Source: Monocercomonoides exilis PA203 (Eukaryota; Protista; Preaxostyla). From it: a DNA stretch of 64,000 nt. The notes under the pieces were generated by a model, which made no database searches, was not told where the DNA came from, and saw only the letters and a list, made by a program, of their open reading frames with translations. This document shows positions 36,001 through 47,241 of this stretch, in pieces. A program made the position numbers and the translations under genes. The stretch lies in the NCBI GenBank assembly GCA_001643675.2, contig LSRY02000007.1, forward strand, positions 1,983,600-2,047,599, written 5' to 3'. How positions within the stretch are numbered: position 1 is the stretch's first letter; each line of letters opens with the position of its first letter.

Positions 36001-39000
36001 TTGTCTCACTCGTGTCAGACACAGAAGAGTCAAATGTGATGCTGCCATCTACCACATGTAGCAGCTCCAGCTCTCTCGAAAGCAGCTCACTCAGTACATC
36101 ATACGAACTCATCGTCGGACTTGTCTTTGATAGGAATGCTTTTCCTTTCGCTTTTCCTTTCCCTTTCACGCTCGCTTTCTATCTCCGCTTTGCTCCTCTT
36201 TGTCTTCCAAACTCCTATTCATCTGGAAGAAGCTCTTTAAACGCATAAATTATTCTTCCCTTCTCTTTCTCTTTCTCCTTTTCCTTTTCTCTCTCCTTTT
36301 CCTTTTCCTTCTCCTTCTCTTTGTTTCAAAACTATCCTCTTACTCGCCAATGTTACAACAGTTGATTCCAAACGCCTCGTATTCTGCGCTGTTGCATATG
36401 CATTTGTTCATCCTTCGCTCTTCTTCCCCTGCTGACTCAACCCCATCGCTGTCATCATCTTCTTCTTCCGCATCTTCGGCGGCCTTCCGTGTGGAATATT
36501 CAGCGGCACTTGCCACATCCCCACACGTAATAGCTTCTTCTTCTTGCTGTTATTATTGTTATTGCTGCTATTATTGCTGCTTCCACCCATCTTGTTTGTC
36601 AGTCCCAGCACTTCTGATTTGAACTCGGGTGGAGCAATTCTTGAGCCTGTGTGCGTCTTCATACGAACTGTTCGCTTGAAGGCAGCAAGCGCTTTTCTCC
36701 TGCCGCTTCTTTTGAGTGCTCTTCCAAATGCAGTTGATGGAATGCTCAGCAGTGAAACAGAAGAAGAAGATGATGATGATGAAGAGGGATTCTTGGCTTG
36801 AGCATTTGATATAGGGAAAGAGGCAGTTGGAAAGCCAGCACTTGACGATGCAGAGGTGGAAGAAGAAGCAGCAGAAGCAGAAGTTGTATTGTTCTGTAGC
36901 AAATTTGCAGCTTTGAGCAACTTCGATGTGCGTGTTGTTGTTCTCGCCCTGCGCGAAAGTTTGATTTGAGGCGAGAATTTATTCGGGGCGTGTGTTGAGG
37001 CAGCTGTTCTGACTGATTTTCCAGGCGATTCTGTTTTGTTTGCCACAGAAGAAGTGGAAGAAGTGGAAGAAGAAGAAGAAGACTGAAGATTGAGTGAATT
37101 TGAGCTTCCTTCTTCCTCTTTTGTGTAAGTTTGTTGTTCTTCACTGACTTTGTTTGAATCACTCACTGTGTTGTTAACATCTTCATTGTCATTTACATTT
37201 TCATTTCCTTCTTTCTTCTTCTCATTCTCTTCTTCCTCTTCTTCTTTCTTCCCTCGCCTCTCTCGCTGCAAACAATGAATTCTCTTTCCCAATCGTCTTC
37301 TTCCCTCTTTTTGGCTTTCCCCTGTGTGGCTTTCGGAAGTCGAGGTCTAACATCTTCGGTGCATGCACTTGCCTTTTCCCTTCGACGATGTCTGAGGCAG
37401 ACAGCTGATGGCGAAGGGGAGATGAGGGATGAGGGGGCAGAGGGGAACTGGGGGTGGAGGAAGGATAGGGTGAAGATGAGGGAGAAGAGGAAGGAGAAGG
37501 AGAAGGAGAAGGAGAGGAGGAGGAAGAGGAAGAGGAAGAAGATGGAATGCCCTTTCTTCTCTTTGAAGGAGAACGGGGAGAAGGCAATTGCTTTGATGGA
37601 ATGGATGATGAAGTTGTAGGAGGAAAAGAAGTATTTGAAGCAGCAGAAGCAGCAGAAGAAGAAGTTATTGAAGATGACATCACAGTTGATGCTTCTGATG
37701 AAGGAGCAGAAGCATCTGATGTCATTTCTGTTGAATTTGTTGGTGTTATTTTTCCCTTGTCTCCGTCCTCACCGATCATGTCTTCTTCTCTTTTCACAAC
37801 ATCTCCTTTGCTTATCTCAATCATCTCTTTCTTCATCTGCTTCACTGTTTGAGACAGAACACTCGGCGCTTCATTCAACGGAGCCATTCCCATTCCACTT
37901 CCACTTCCACTTCCACCACCACTTCTCTCTCTCTCTCTCTCTTTCTCTTTCTTTCTCTCTCTCTTTCTCCATTTTCACCTCATCATTAGCACTTCTCAGC
38001 AAGTTGTTGATGTTCATCTTTTGTGTCTGTGTCTGTGTCTGTGTCTGTGTGCGAGTGAGAGGGCTAAGTGGAGGATGTGTTTGATGCTTGCTGGAGCGCC
38101 TGGAGTGTGAGGGAACAATGGAAAGACGAGAATTCAAAGAAGACTTGCCCAAAAGACGAGAGGCGGTGGAAGAAAGAGAGGAGAAATGAGAAGAAGAAGT
38201 TAAAGAAGAGGAAGATAAACGAGAACGAAAAGAAACAGAAGAAGTTGAAGAAGAAGCAGAAGAAGATGATGAACCAGGAGGAGGCATCAGCTGAGGGTGA
38301 GGAATGTTCCTCTGCTTCATTCCGTAGTAATAATTGGTCGATGGATGTGAAAGAGGCACAAGTGCTGTTGAATTCTCATGAGAAGAAGAAGATGATGAAG
38401 AGGAAGAAGAGGAAGCAGAAGAGGAGGAGGAGGAGGAAGAAGAAGAAGAACGCAAAGATTTCGGAATGACCTGCATATTTCTGAGTGCGCCTTTTGGAGC
38501 TGACTTCTCTTTGTCCTTCACTCGCTGCTGTTCAGCCACGTAATTCGCTCTCTGCTTTTCGAAATCTCTCAGCTCTGCCTCAAACGCAGCTGATATGCCG
38601 TCCAATTCACGATGGAGCTCAGGAATGAAGAGAGTGTTGATGTAATGGGCAACGAAACGGGGCTGGAGGAAAAGAGGGAGGGAAGAGAAATGGAAAAAGG
38701 AGGAGGAGGAAGAAGAGGAGGAAGAAGAAGAAGACGATGATGATGAATGATGTTGGTGATTTATTTGATTGGAATGTTCAGATGAAGTGGAAGATGATGT
38801 GACAGACGGAAGAAGAGGAGAAGAAGCAAGAGATGCTGTTGGAATTCCAAAAGAAGAGGAAGAAGAGGAAGAGGAAGAAGGAGAGGAAGGAAAAGAGGAA
38901 GTTGAAGGAGAAATGGTAGAAGGTACAGAAGGAGTGAACGAAGGAGTGAAAGAGACAGAACATGAAGATGAGAGCATTGGGAGAGAAGAAGAAATAGAAG

Positions 39001-40420
39001 CAGAAGCAGAATAAACAGCTGAATGCACAGAGAGAAGCATGTTTCCTTCTTTCTTCACAGGCGACGAAGGCGGAGTGAAGATTGAGTACAGCTGCTCTTC
39101 GTATTCCAACGGCGCTGGGATGTGCTCTTTGCAGAAGCCGGCTCGTCTGTCAGAGGCAGCAAGAGATCTTGTTCGGATGCTGCTTGAAGAAGGAGAGGAG
39201 AGAGAAGGGAGAGGAGAGAGAGAAGAAAAGGAGGAAAGGGATGAAAGAGAAGGAGAAGAAGAATTAAGAGATAAAAGAGGAACTTGAGCAGACAGTGTTA
39301 GTTGAGATGGATGAGATGAGTGGGGAAGATGAGGAAGATATGTTGAATGGGAAGAGGAAAGAGGAAGAGAAACAGAGGGAGACAGAGAAGGAGATAAAGA
39401 AGCAGCATAACTGCCATTCTCACTCATGTTCTCATTCACATTGAAACTTCCATTGCTATTGTCATTGACACTTCCACTTTCATTCACACTTGCTGTGTCA
39501 ATTGCATCTGCTGTTGCATTCCCAACAGAAGATTGTCTTTCCTCTTCCACCTCCATCTGCCCATTACCCTCATTTGATGTCTCATTTGAAGCAGACTCAT
39601 CAGAAGGTGGAAGCTCAAATCTGACAATTGGAGTAAAACTGTTCATCTGCTGCTGCTGTTGCTGTTGACTCATCTGCTGGTTCATCCTCATTTGCTGCTG
39701 CTGTTGTTGAAGTAGCTCTTTCTCCAGTTGCTCATTCTGAAGAGTGCGAAGATGGCGCAACACACGGCTCGACAGCAGGTGAAGGTCTGAATCCTTCTTG
39801 AGGCGCTTGATCTTCTTGGCAGAACTTAACTTCTGGAAGGAGGTGGAGTTGGACAAGGGAGAAAGAGAAGAAGGTGGAAGAGAAGAAGAAGATGATGATG
39901 AAGATGACGACGACGACGAAGAAGAGGAGGAGGAAGAAGATGATGATAAAGAAGAGAAAGGAGAAGGTGAAATGGATGGTGATGGAGCAGATGAAGTGTG
40001 TGTTGAAAGAGGCGAGCGAGGAAGATTGGCTGTGCGCAGACGAGGATGAATACGAGAGTCTGCTGTTTTGTTCTTTGAGAGCTGAAATGAGTCTGGTCTG
40101 AGTGTTGGAGACAGCAAAGGAGGAGGAGGAGAAGGAGGAGAAGCTGAAACTGAGGAAGAAGGAGAAGCAGCAGAAGCAGCAGAAGCAGCAGAAGCAGCAG
40201 AAGCAGAAGAAGCAGAAAAAGAGGAGGAAAATAAAGACGAAAATTATGATAACGAAGAGGGAGATAAGGAAGATAATTTAGTGGATGTGTTATTTGGAAA
40301 AGCGGCTTATGATTAATATGAGGAAGAAAACGATGAAGAGGAGGAATGTGAAATGGAACAATCTTTCGATAAATGGGGAGAAGTTTGAGATGATGATGAA
40401 ACATTAAAGTCGTGCGACTG
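33060..40420 (-). pseudogene. Large Ser/Glu low-complexity gene, frameshifted or decayed
   Basis: Consecutive minus-strand ORFs (37871-40117, 37222-37893, 36408-37292, 35906-36169 and others) overlap or abut, with frame changes at microsatellites such as (GA)n near 37925. Short globular-looking patches (LPLFLQPRFVAHYINTLFIPELHRELD). No domain recognised. Boundaries are approximate. Confidence 0.5.
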
Positions 40421-40424
40421 AACT

Positions 40425-41084
40425 TCATTCAAGCAAAAAAATGAAGCAATGTTCGCACATTCCTCTGATGTTGAAAACATACCACCGAAAAGGGAATAGG
40501 CGAGAATGGGAAGACGAATGAGATGAATGGAAGGACGAGAGGGGAAAGGAAAAAGATTTTTGAGAAAAAGCATTAGCAGCAGCAGAAGAAGAAGATGATG
40601 ATGAAAAAGAAAAAGAAGAAGAAGAAGATGGTTGAGGAATACTACTGGATGCAATGGTGGTGGCAGTTGTGCCATTTCCGATGATTTTTGTATCAACCGT
40701 TCTGAAAGTGAGTATTTGAAGAGGAACAAATGTTGAGGTGAGGAGAGTGAGGGAGGCGTCTTGGAGGAGGGAAATGAAGCCAGCGAGGGCAAACTCGATG
40801 GCGGCACATGGGGTCTTTTGGGGTCTTCCACAGACATCAGCATCGGTTCCATTGTTGGCAGCAATTTTGTTCTGGGCAATGAGGGGGAGCCAGCCATTGA
40901 AAGTTTCATTGTCAGCAGTTACTGCATTCCACACTCTTTTAGTTTGAGTTGTTGAACCACAATTTTCAAATGGTTTTGCTCCTGTTTCTTTTCTCTTTGC
41001 TATGATTTCATTCAGAAAATATATTTCCTTCTGATTCTTCTGAACTCTATCGTCATGTTCTCTTTCTTCATCTTCATCCAACAA
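40425..41084 (-). pseudogene. Fragment of a surface-protein-like gene
   Basis: GTDADVCGRPQKTPCAAIEFAL...LTLLTSTF...IIGNGTTATTI resembles the CG...PC.TI start of beta-helix surface-protein repeats (inference). It runs into low-complexity sequence. Confidence 0.45.
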
Positions 41085-41469
41085 AAATTAAACTTCATTT
41101 CAAGTGAACTGTTAATTCTCCAAAAATCTTTTTTAATTAAAAAAGAAATTCATTTCTTCATTATTTAGTTAATTTGCTTTCATCTTTTTTTCTCCATCTT
41201 CAATGCACGTTGTGTCACGATAAATAGCTATCAATATACGATAAACATGAAAAATAAAATCCAAAAGTCAGATGAATAAATTTATAAATAAATTTTAAAA
41301 ATCAATGAAGATAAGTTCTGAGTATTTTCAAAGAAATAATAAGTCAAAATAAACAACCAAAAAAAAGATAGATCGAATTAATAATAATGGAGAAAAAACC
41401 AATTAACCATGATGAAATAAAAATTAAAGTCAAAGAAATACTCATTAAAATAGAATCACTTACAGACAT

Positions 41470-42099
41470 ATTTCTGAAAGATGAATTATTATTCTTTCAT
41501 TTTCACTGATATTCCATCTCGGGCTGACAAATTATTTATGAAAAAAATCGTATTGGTTGCTATTATTGCAGCTTTTATAATTGTCATAAAATAAGAATAT
41601 GGTTCAAATACATTAATTGTTTTGCGCTTTTCTCACAAAAATATCCACATGAAAATTAATGCATATTTATTTTTGACACAATAAAATACAAAAAATTATA
41701 AATACGTTCCATTTTCCTGAAAATATGTGAAATTAAAAATCTCGATCACAAAAGTGGTCACTAATTTTTCTTCGGATTTTGCAACAAACAGACATTAAAA
41801 GATGTGGGGAAGCTGTCTGCGTGGAAATCTGAGAAAAAATTAGTGACCACTTTTGTGATCGCCAGTCATTTCAATTTTCAGTTTTATAATAGTTCCGATC
41901 GTTCAACGGATCAAATCTGATGAGAACCTTAATAAAAGTGTTTTTCTAAATGACTGGCGATCACAAAAGTGGTCACTAATTTTTTCTCAGATTTCCACGC
42001 AGACAGCTTCCCCACATCTTTTAATGTCTGTTTGTTGCAAAATCCGAAGAAAAATTAGTGACCACTTTTGTGATCGAAATTTTTAATTTAACATATTTT
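41470..42099. repeat. Left TIR containing a 386-bp palindrome (41717-42102)
   Basis: Arms 41717-41871 and 41948-42102, loop 41872-41947. Four copies (two per orientation) of CGATCACAAAAGTGGTCACTAATTTTT. Confidence 0.95.
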
Positions 42100-42850
42100 C
42101 AGAAAATATTAGCTTTTTGTTGTCTTATATGATGATTTTGATTGATTTGTTATGTTTTCGTATTTTAAAGGAAATTATTTATTGTTGATATCTTTATTAT
42201 TATTTGTCATATGCCTATATACACTTTTTCGTGAACATATGGAAAAACAAACAATGTGAAGTGAGAGAAAAACGTTAAAAAATATCAATCGTTCACCAAT
42301 CAAAATGACATAAAAAAACAAAAAGTTCTTCATGATTTCGATCATAAATAAAATTGAAAACTGTCAGAAAATTTCGAATCAGATTCATCAACTTTCAAAA
42401 AAACATAATTCAATCACATAATCATTAAACAATCACCAAATATCAACTAAATATCAACAATTTTGAACAATAAACAATATAAGAAGAAATAGTACAATTT
42501 CAACAAATTCGTGGTATCAACGACAATTCCAAACAAAAAAGAATACTTATATAAAAAGTTCAAAAACTAACTTGTCTATTTTCCACCTGTTTTTTATCCA
42601 CTCACCCCTTTCTGATATTTCTCTCTCTTTGACTCAAAAAGATCAAATCCAACAAAGAAAAAAGACAGACACAATGATAAAACAACATTTCACACTCTCA
42701 ACAACTCTCCCTTCCAAAAACCTCACTCAAAGATCAATGAATTCCTTCACAACTCTATCTATTAATGAATCTCGATATATACATATATAAGCGGGACAAT
42801 AACCAAGAAATAAATAGGGACATATCAGGGACAATAACCAAAAGAAAACA

Positions 42851-42996
42851 ATCGGATTCTAACTATTGTGCACCTGGGAGGCTGTTCGTCGTATCCAGGT
42901 CCGGATAAAGCAGCCCGAAGGCTGCAATATCAAATACGAACAGTCATGTCCAGCACCCTTCCGATAGAGTGCCAGCTAAGCATGCACAATAACCAG
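42851..42996 (-). ncRNA. Candidate structured RNA immediately 3' of the transposase stop codon
   Basis: GC-rich island. The minus-strand fold has a 15-bp closing stem, a 10-bp hairpin, an 8-bp stem with two sub-hairpins (one with a cUUCGg loop), G-U pairs that form only on the minus strand, and a 6/6 loop-tail pseudoknot. No known family recognised. Confidence 0.65.
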
Positions 42997-43000
42997 TTTC

Positions 43001-46000
43001 TTAAAATGGGACACCAAAAGAACAATTTTGAGATTCATTAATAGAAGAAGAGTCAAGAAGAAGCTCAAATCTCCTTGAAAGAAGATCTTGAGAAGATTGA
43101 GAAAGAAGAGAAGAGTTTGATGATATGATATCAGAGTGAAATGACTTTCTTGATCTTTGGACTTTTTCTTTCATTGTCGAAGATTCGAGGGCAACCAGAG
43201 AGCGTTGAGGAAGATATCCAACAGCTGAAGCACAGACAAATGAGCCCTTGCGCTCAAAATACAAGTAGTCTTTCATGTGGGGAACTGACAGTGATGGCCA
43301 TGAAATTTGTTGAGATGGAACATATTCTTCAAAATATCTCTCATGCACAGAGTCATTGACAGATGTTGACGATGGGGAGTTGTTTGATGATGATGATGAT
43401 GAGAAAATGTTTGATTGTAAAGATGAAGAAGCTGATGTCGAAGTGTTCATATTGTTTTCGAAGAAGTTGATCAAGTCATGAAGTGTGGTGATGTGTTCAG
43501 TCGAAAGATTGTTGTCGATTGCATTCACTAACGCACCAAATTCACTATCACAGATATTTTTTCCATGGTGCTCAGCGAAGAAGTTGAGTTGAGTGTTTTT
43601 CTTTTTCAAAAGTTTTGATTGTTTGGAGAGGATGAAGTGAAGAAGGAAGCGATTTCGGTTGTGTGGACCTGAATCGCAGAAGAACTTAAAAGTGTGAGTG
43701 TCTGAGAAGAAGTGTCTTTTGATCACAGATTCCAGACACTCAATAACAAATCTGTGATCATTTGAGAGGCAGTCGGAGAAGAAGTTGAATGTTCTTTTTA
43801 TTTGTTGATTATTAATTTTTTGAAGAGAGATGATTGTGAATTGAGAAACTTGTTGGTAATTAAAGAATTCTTGTTGAAGTTGATTTTTTCTGATAGGGAG
43901 TTTCCACTTCTCTTTGAAGTCGAAGACGAAGACTGCTTCTCCCTCTTTCAGATTATCAACAGTAGATTGATAATGTTTTCGTTGCATTTCTGCAACAAGT
44001 CTGTGTTGTCGAAGAAGTTTGAGTGTATGAAGCTCAGCAGAAGAAAGTCCATTTTTGTTTGGAGATGACTTTAATTTGTTCTCAAGATAGTTCAACTTCT
44101 CACACATTCCACAAAGGTCAGTTCGTCTTTTCGCTTTAGAGAAGTTTGTTGTTAGCTTGTAGAAATGGGAAAGAGAAACTTTAATATTTGTTTCTTCTGA
44201 AAACTCTTTCCATAATTTCGTCTTGGGCTTGAAGATTAATCTCTTTTCATTGGGAGAAAAGATGCCCGTTTTCTTTCGTTTTTCTTTCAGTGCTTCCAAT
44301 CCATATGAAGATGTGATTGATGAAGAAAGTTGTGAAATGGAAGTTGTTCGGGGAGGGAGTGTGATGAATGGAGACGATGATGATGATGATGTTGTTGTTG
44401 ATGTGTTATTTAAGGTGTTGTTATTGGATGTTTCTGAAGAAGAGGAGGAACCACCAAATTGAATAGTTGAAAACGTTGGTTTTGTTTTTTCTTTGGTATA
44501 GAATGAGAGTGATGGATTGTAACCTTGTGCGTAAAGATCCTTCCATGCCTTTGTCCAATTTTCGATGTTCAGTTCTGTCACATCAGCATCGTTGCAAATA
44601 TTCCATGAGACATCGTTTCCTCTATTTCTTTTGATGACAGCGACATAATGGCCATTTCTTTGATCCAACTGTTTATGAAGAATTTGCCCAACAAAATGAT
44701 AAAAATACACTTCTTTATAGTTCTCCAGGAGATGTTGAAAATTATCATTTGAAAATCCTTTGCAAAACGAACGCTGATTCACTCTATTGGTTTCCATGAC
44801 GAAGGTTTTTGAAGGTGCAGAGCAAGAAGTTTCAGTGCATTCGTGACAGATGGCTAGAACCTCTGGAAATGCAGCCATTTCCTCCCATCGAGCAGCACAG
44901 CATTTCTCTTTGCATTCATCGCAATAAACATTGTTCTTTCCATCCAAAATTTCTGTTGCAAAAAGTGAAGATAAACCTTTGTGAGGTGATGATGCATTGA
45001 TGACAATATTGCAACAAGATTCATTAAAATGATTTGAAACTTTTTGACATTTTTGACATTTGAAATGTGTAATGAGCACTGGATTGAAGGTGTCCTTTTC
45101 AATTATCTTATCATTTTGAAGAAGTTGATGAAGATTTTCAAATGCCTCTATCACATTTTGTTGTTGCCGACTTCCGTATCTGCAGAATGATTCCCATTTG
45201 TTGATCAGTGATGGGGACCACGAACGCACTAATGTTCCATCTTTTGCAAGTTGTTGACAAACACTCAAAACACGAGAAGATAAATTGTTTTTTGATGTTG
45301 TGTTTGTTATAATTGATTGTTTTTGTGAAGTTATTGAAGAGAAGCATTGAAGGAGAGAGGCAAGATAGCAAGTGTTTCCAAGATTTTCCAATCCTTTCTT
45401 TGTTTTTGATGAAGCAATTGAAGCGGTTTTGACACTTGAAGAAATTGATGGAGAAGGAGAACAAGTTGAAGAATAAATATCCATTGTGTTTCTGTTGTTC
45501 ATGATACGCGAAGAATTTTCATGATTTGAACAAATTCTATTGTCTTCATGGGTTTTGTGTTGAGATGGAGAAGTGATGCTGTCTTTAACAAATGAAGACA
45601 GAAGATCTTGAAATGCATGTGGAGGAATTAGAGTGGGAGAAGAAATATATTCTAGAAATTGCTCGCTCACCCTCACATTTTCATTTCTATTGGATGAAGA
45701 AGAATTGCCAATAATTATCGTATTTTTCGATATGTTTTGTTGCTTTTTGGATAAAGAGGAAAAGGAAGAGGAAGAGGAGGAGGTAGAGGAGGAGGAAGAG
45801 GAGGAAGAGGAAGAGGAAGAGGAAGAGGAAGAGGAGGAAGAGGAAGAGGAAGAGGAAGAGGAAGAGGAAGAGGAAGAGGAAGAGGAAGAGGAAGAGCAAG
45901 AGGAAGAGCAAGAGGAAGAGGAGGAGGAGGAGGAAGAAGAGGAAGAGGAAGAAGAAGAAGATGGAGGAGGAGGAGGAGAAGAAGAAGTTGATGATTTTTT

Positions 46001-46955
46001 TGTTTTGAAGAATTTGTGAATTGGGATGGGTGATGGAGACGAATGATGTTTATGATGTATTTTGTTTGTTTTTCTTTTTGTTATTCCCCTTTCTCTCCTT
46101 ATTGGAGTACTGATAGGGGCATCAACGGCTTGATATGGAGAAGAATTTGTTGAAGAAGAATTTTTCTCTGAACTGGTTTTTGAATTTTTATTGAGTTGAG
46201 ATGATGTTGAAGAAGAAGAAGATAGTTTTTTATTTGAAGAAGAGTTTTCTGTAACAATTTCATTTTCCCAGGCATCTTCATCAATAAATCTGGCGTAATC
46301 TGGCTCAGCTCGCTGCTTTTTCTTTGCTGACTGAAGCGAAGTTGAAGCTTCAGTCGAATGGGCTAACATCCAGTTGTTGCCCTTTTCCCAGTCCTGTTCA
46401 TTTAAACCTAAATAAACAGAGAAAATTATTCAAAAAAAATATTTAAATAATTTCAAACCACTTCTGCAAGACGGAAGATGAGGTTTTTCAGGCGGGATGA
46501 TAAATCCTTGGTTTTTTTTTAATGTTTGTTTCGCGTAAATAAATTTGCCTTCTGTCACATCATATCCATAGTCCTGTAAATCGGATAATGATGTGTTTCG
46601 AGACAACGCCTGTAGCATTGTTGTCTGAGTGTGCAACTGAGCGTTGTTGTACACCACAGACAAGTCTTCAAGCAGCTTTATGTGATATTCTGTTAGAAAA
46701 AAAAAATAATAAACAAAAAAATAAGAAAATGACAAGGATGACAGTTCAGAAAATTTTCTATATAAAAATTCAAAAAATCAAAATCAAACCGTTCAATGAC
46801 TTCAGCAAATTGTTAATAACTGAAGATGATTGCCTGTAAGTGTAAAACAAATAGACAAGCAATGAATCAACGTCATCTCCGCCAATTCGTTTAATTTCGT
46901 TCCAAATAACTTTGCATCGAGAATTAAGAGTTGATTGAGGTTTCGTAAAAGACAT
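43001..46955 (-). CDS. Sola2-like DDD transposase with embedded USP (peptidase C19) domain, 3 exons, ~1267 aa
   Basis: Exons 46955-46790, 46689-46459 and 46407-43001 join in frame via GT-AG introns (100 and 51 nt). Transposase motifs: KLWKEF..NIKVSLSHFYKL, RRTDLCGMC, FVFDFKEKW, FSDCLSND, FFCDSGPHNRN, FFAEHHGKNICDSEFG. USP motifs: GLENLGNTCYLASLLQCF, QQQNVIEAF, CQKC/CDEC, GQILH...NGHYVAVIK...WNICNDADV, SLSFY. The start ATG is inferred. Confidence 0.85.
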
Positions 46956-47241
46956 AATTGGGATTTTTTTGATTTTTTTATGGGAAAAAGCCACATTTCT
47001 TTTTTCTCGTTAAACACTATGTTTCACACAAAAAATAAATATTTGTTCAATTTGATATTTTCAAAATGATGAATTGATATTGGTAACTGATATCACAATT
47101 TTTTGTCTTCAAACAAAAACCAACGCATAAATGTATTTCATTCAAACTGTTGTTAATTACATAGCAATAAAAATCACAAACAAATAGATGTCAGAAAACA
47201 CTTAAATTATGAATAAATATAACAAAACGATAATCATCATA

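Noticed and set aside
42793-42841. CRISPR-like array
   Set aside because: Only two 14-bp repeats, eukaryotic context, no cas genes. Kept only as a repeat observation.
42851-42996. Hammerhead ribozyme or SECIS identity for the structured RNA
   Set aside because: It lacks the CUGANGA/GAAA core. The AUGA is not matched by a 3' GA quartet and the CDS has no in-frame UGA.
43001-44300. Fanzor/TnpB nuclease
   Set aside because: No RuvC I/II/III motifs or terminal zinc finger. The motifs fit a Sola-type DDD transposase.
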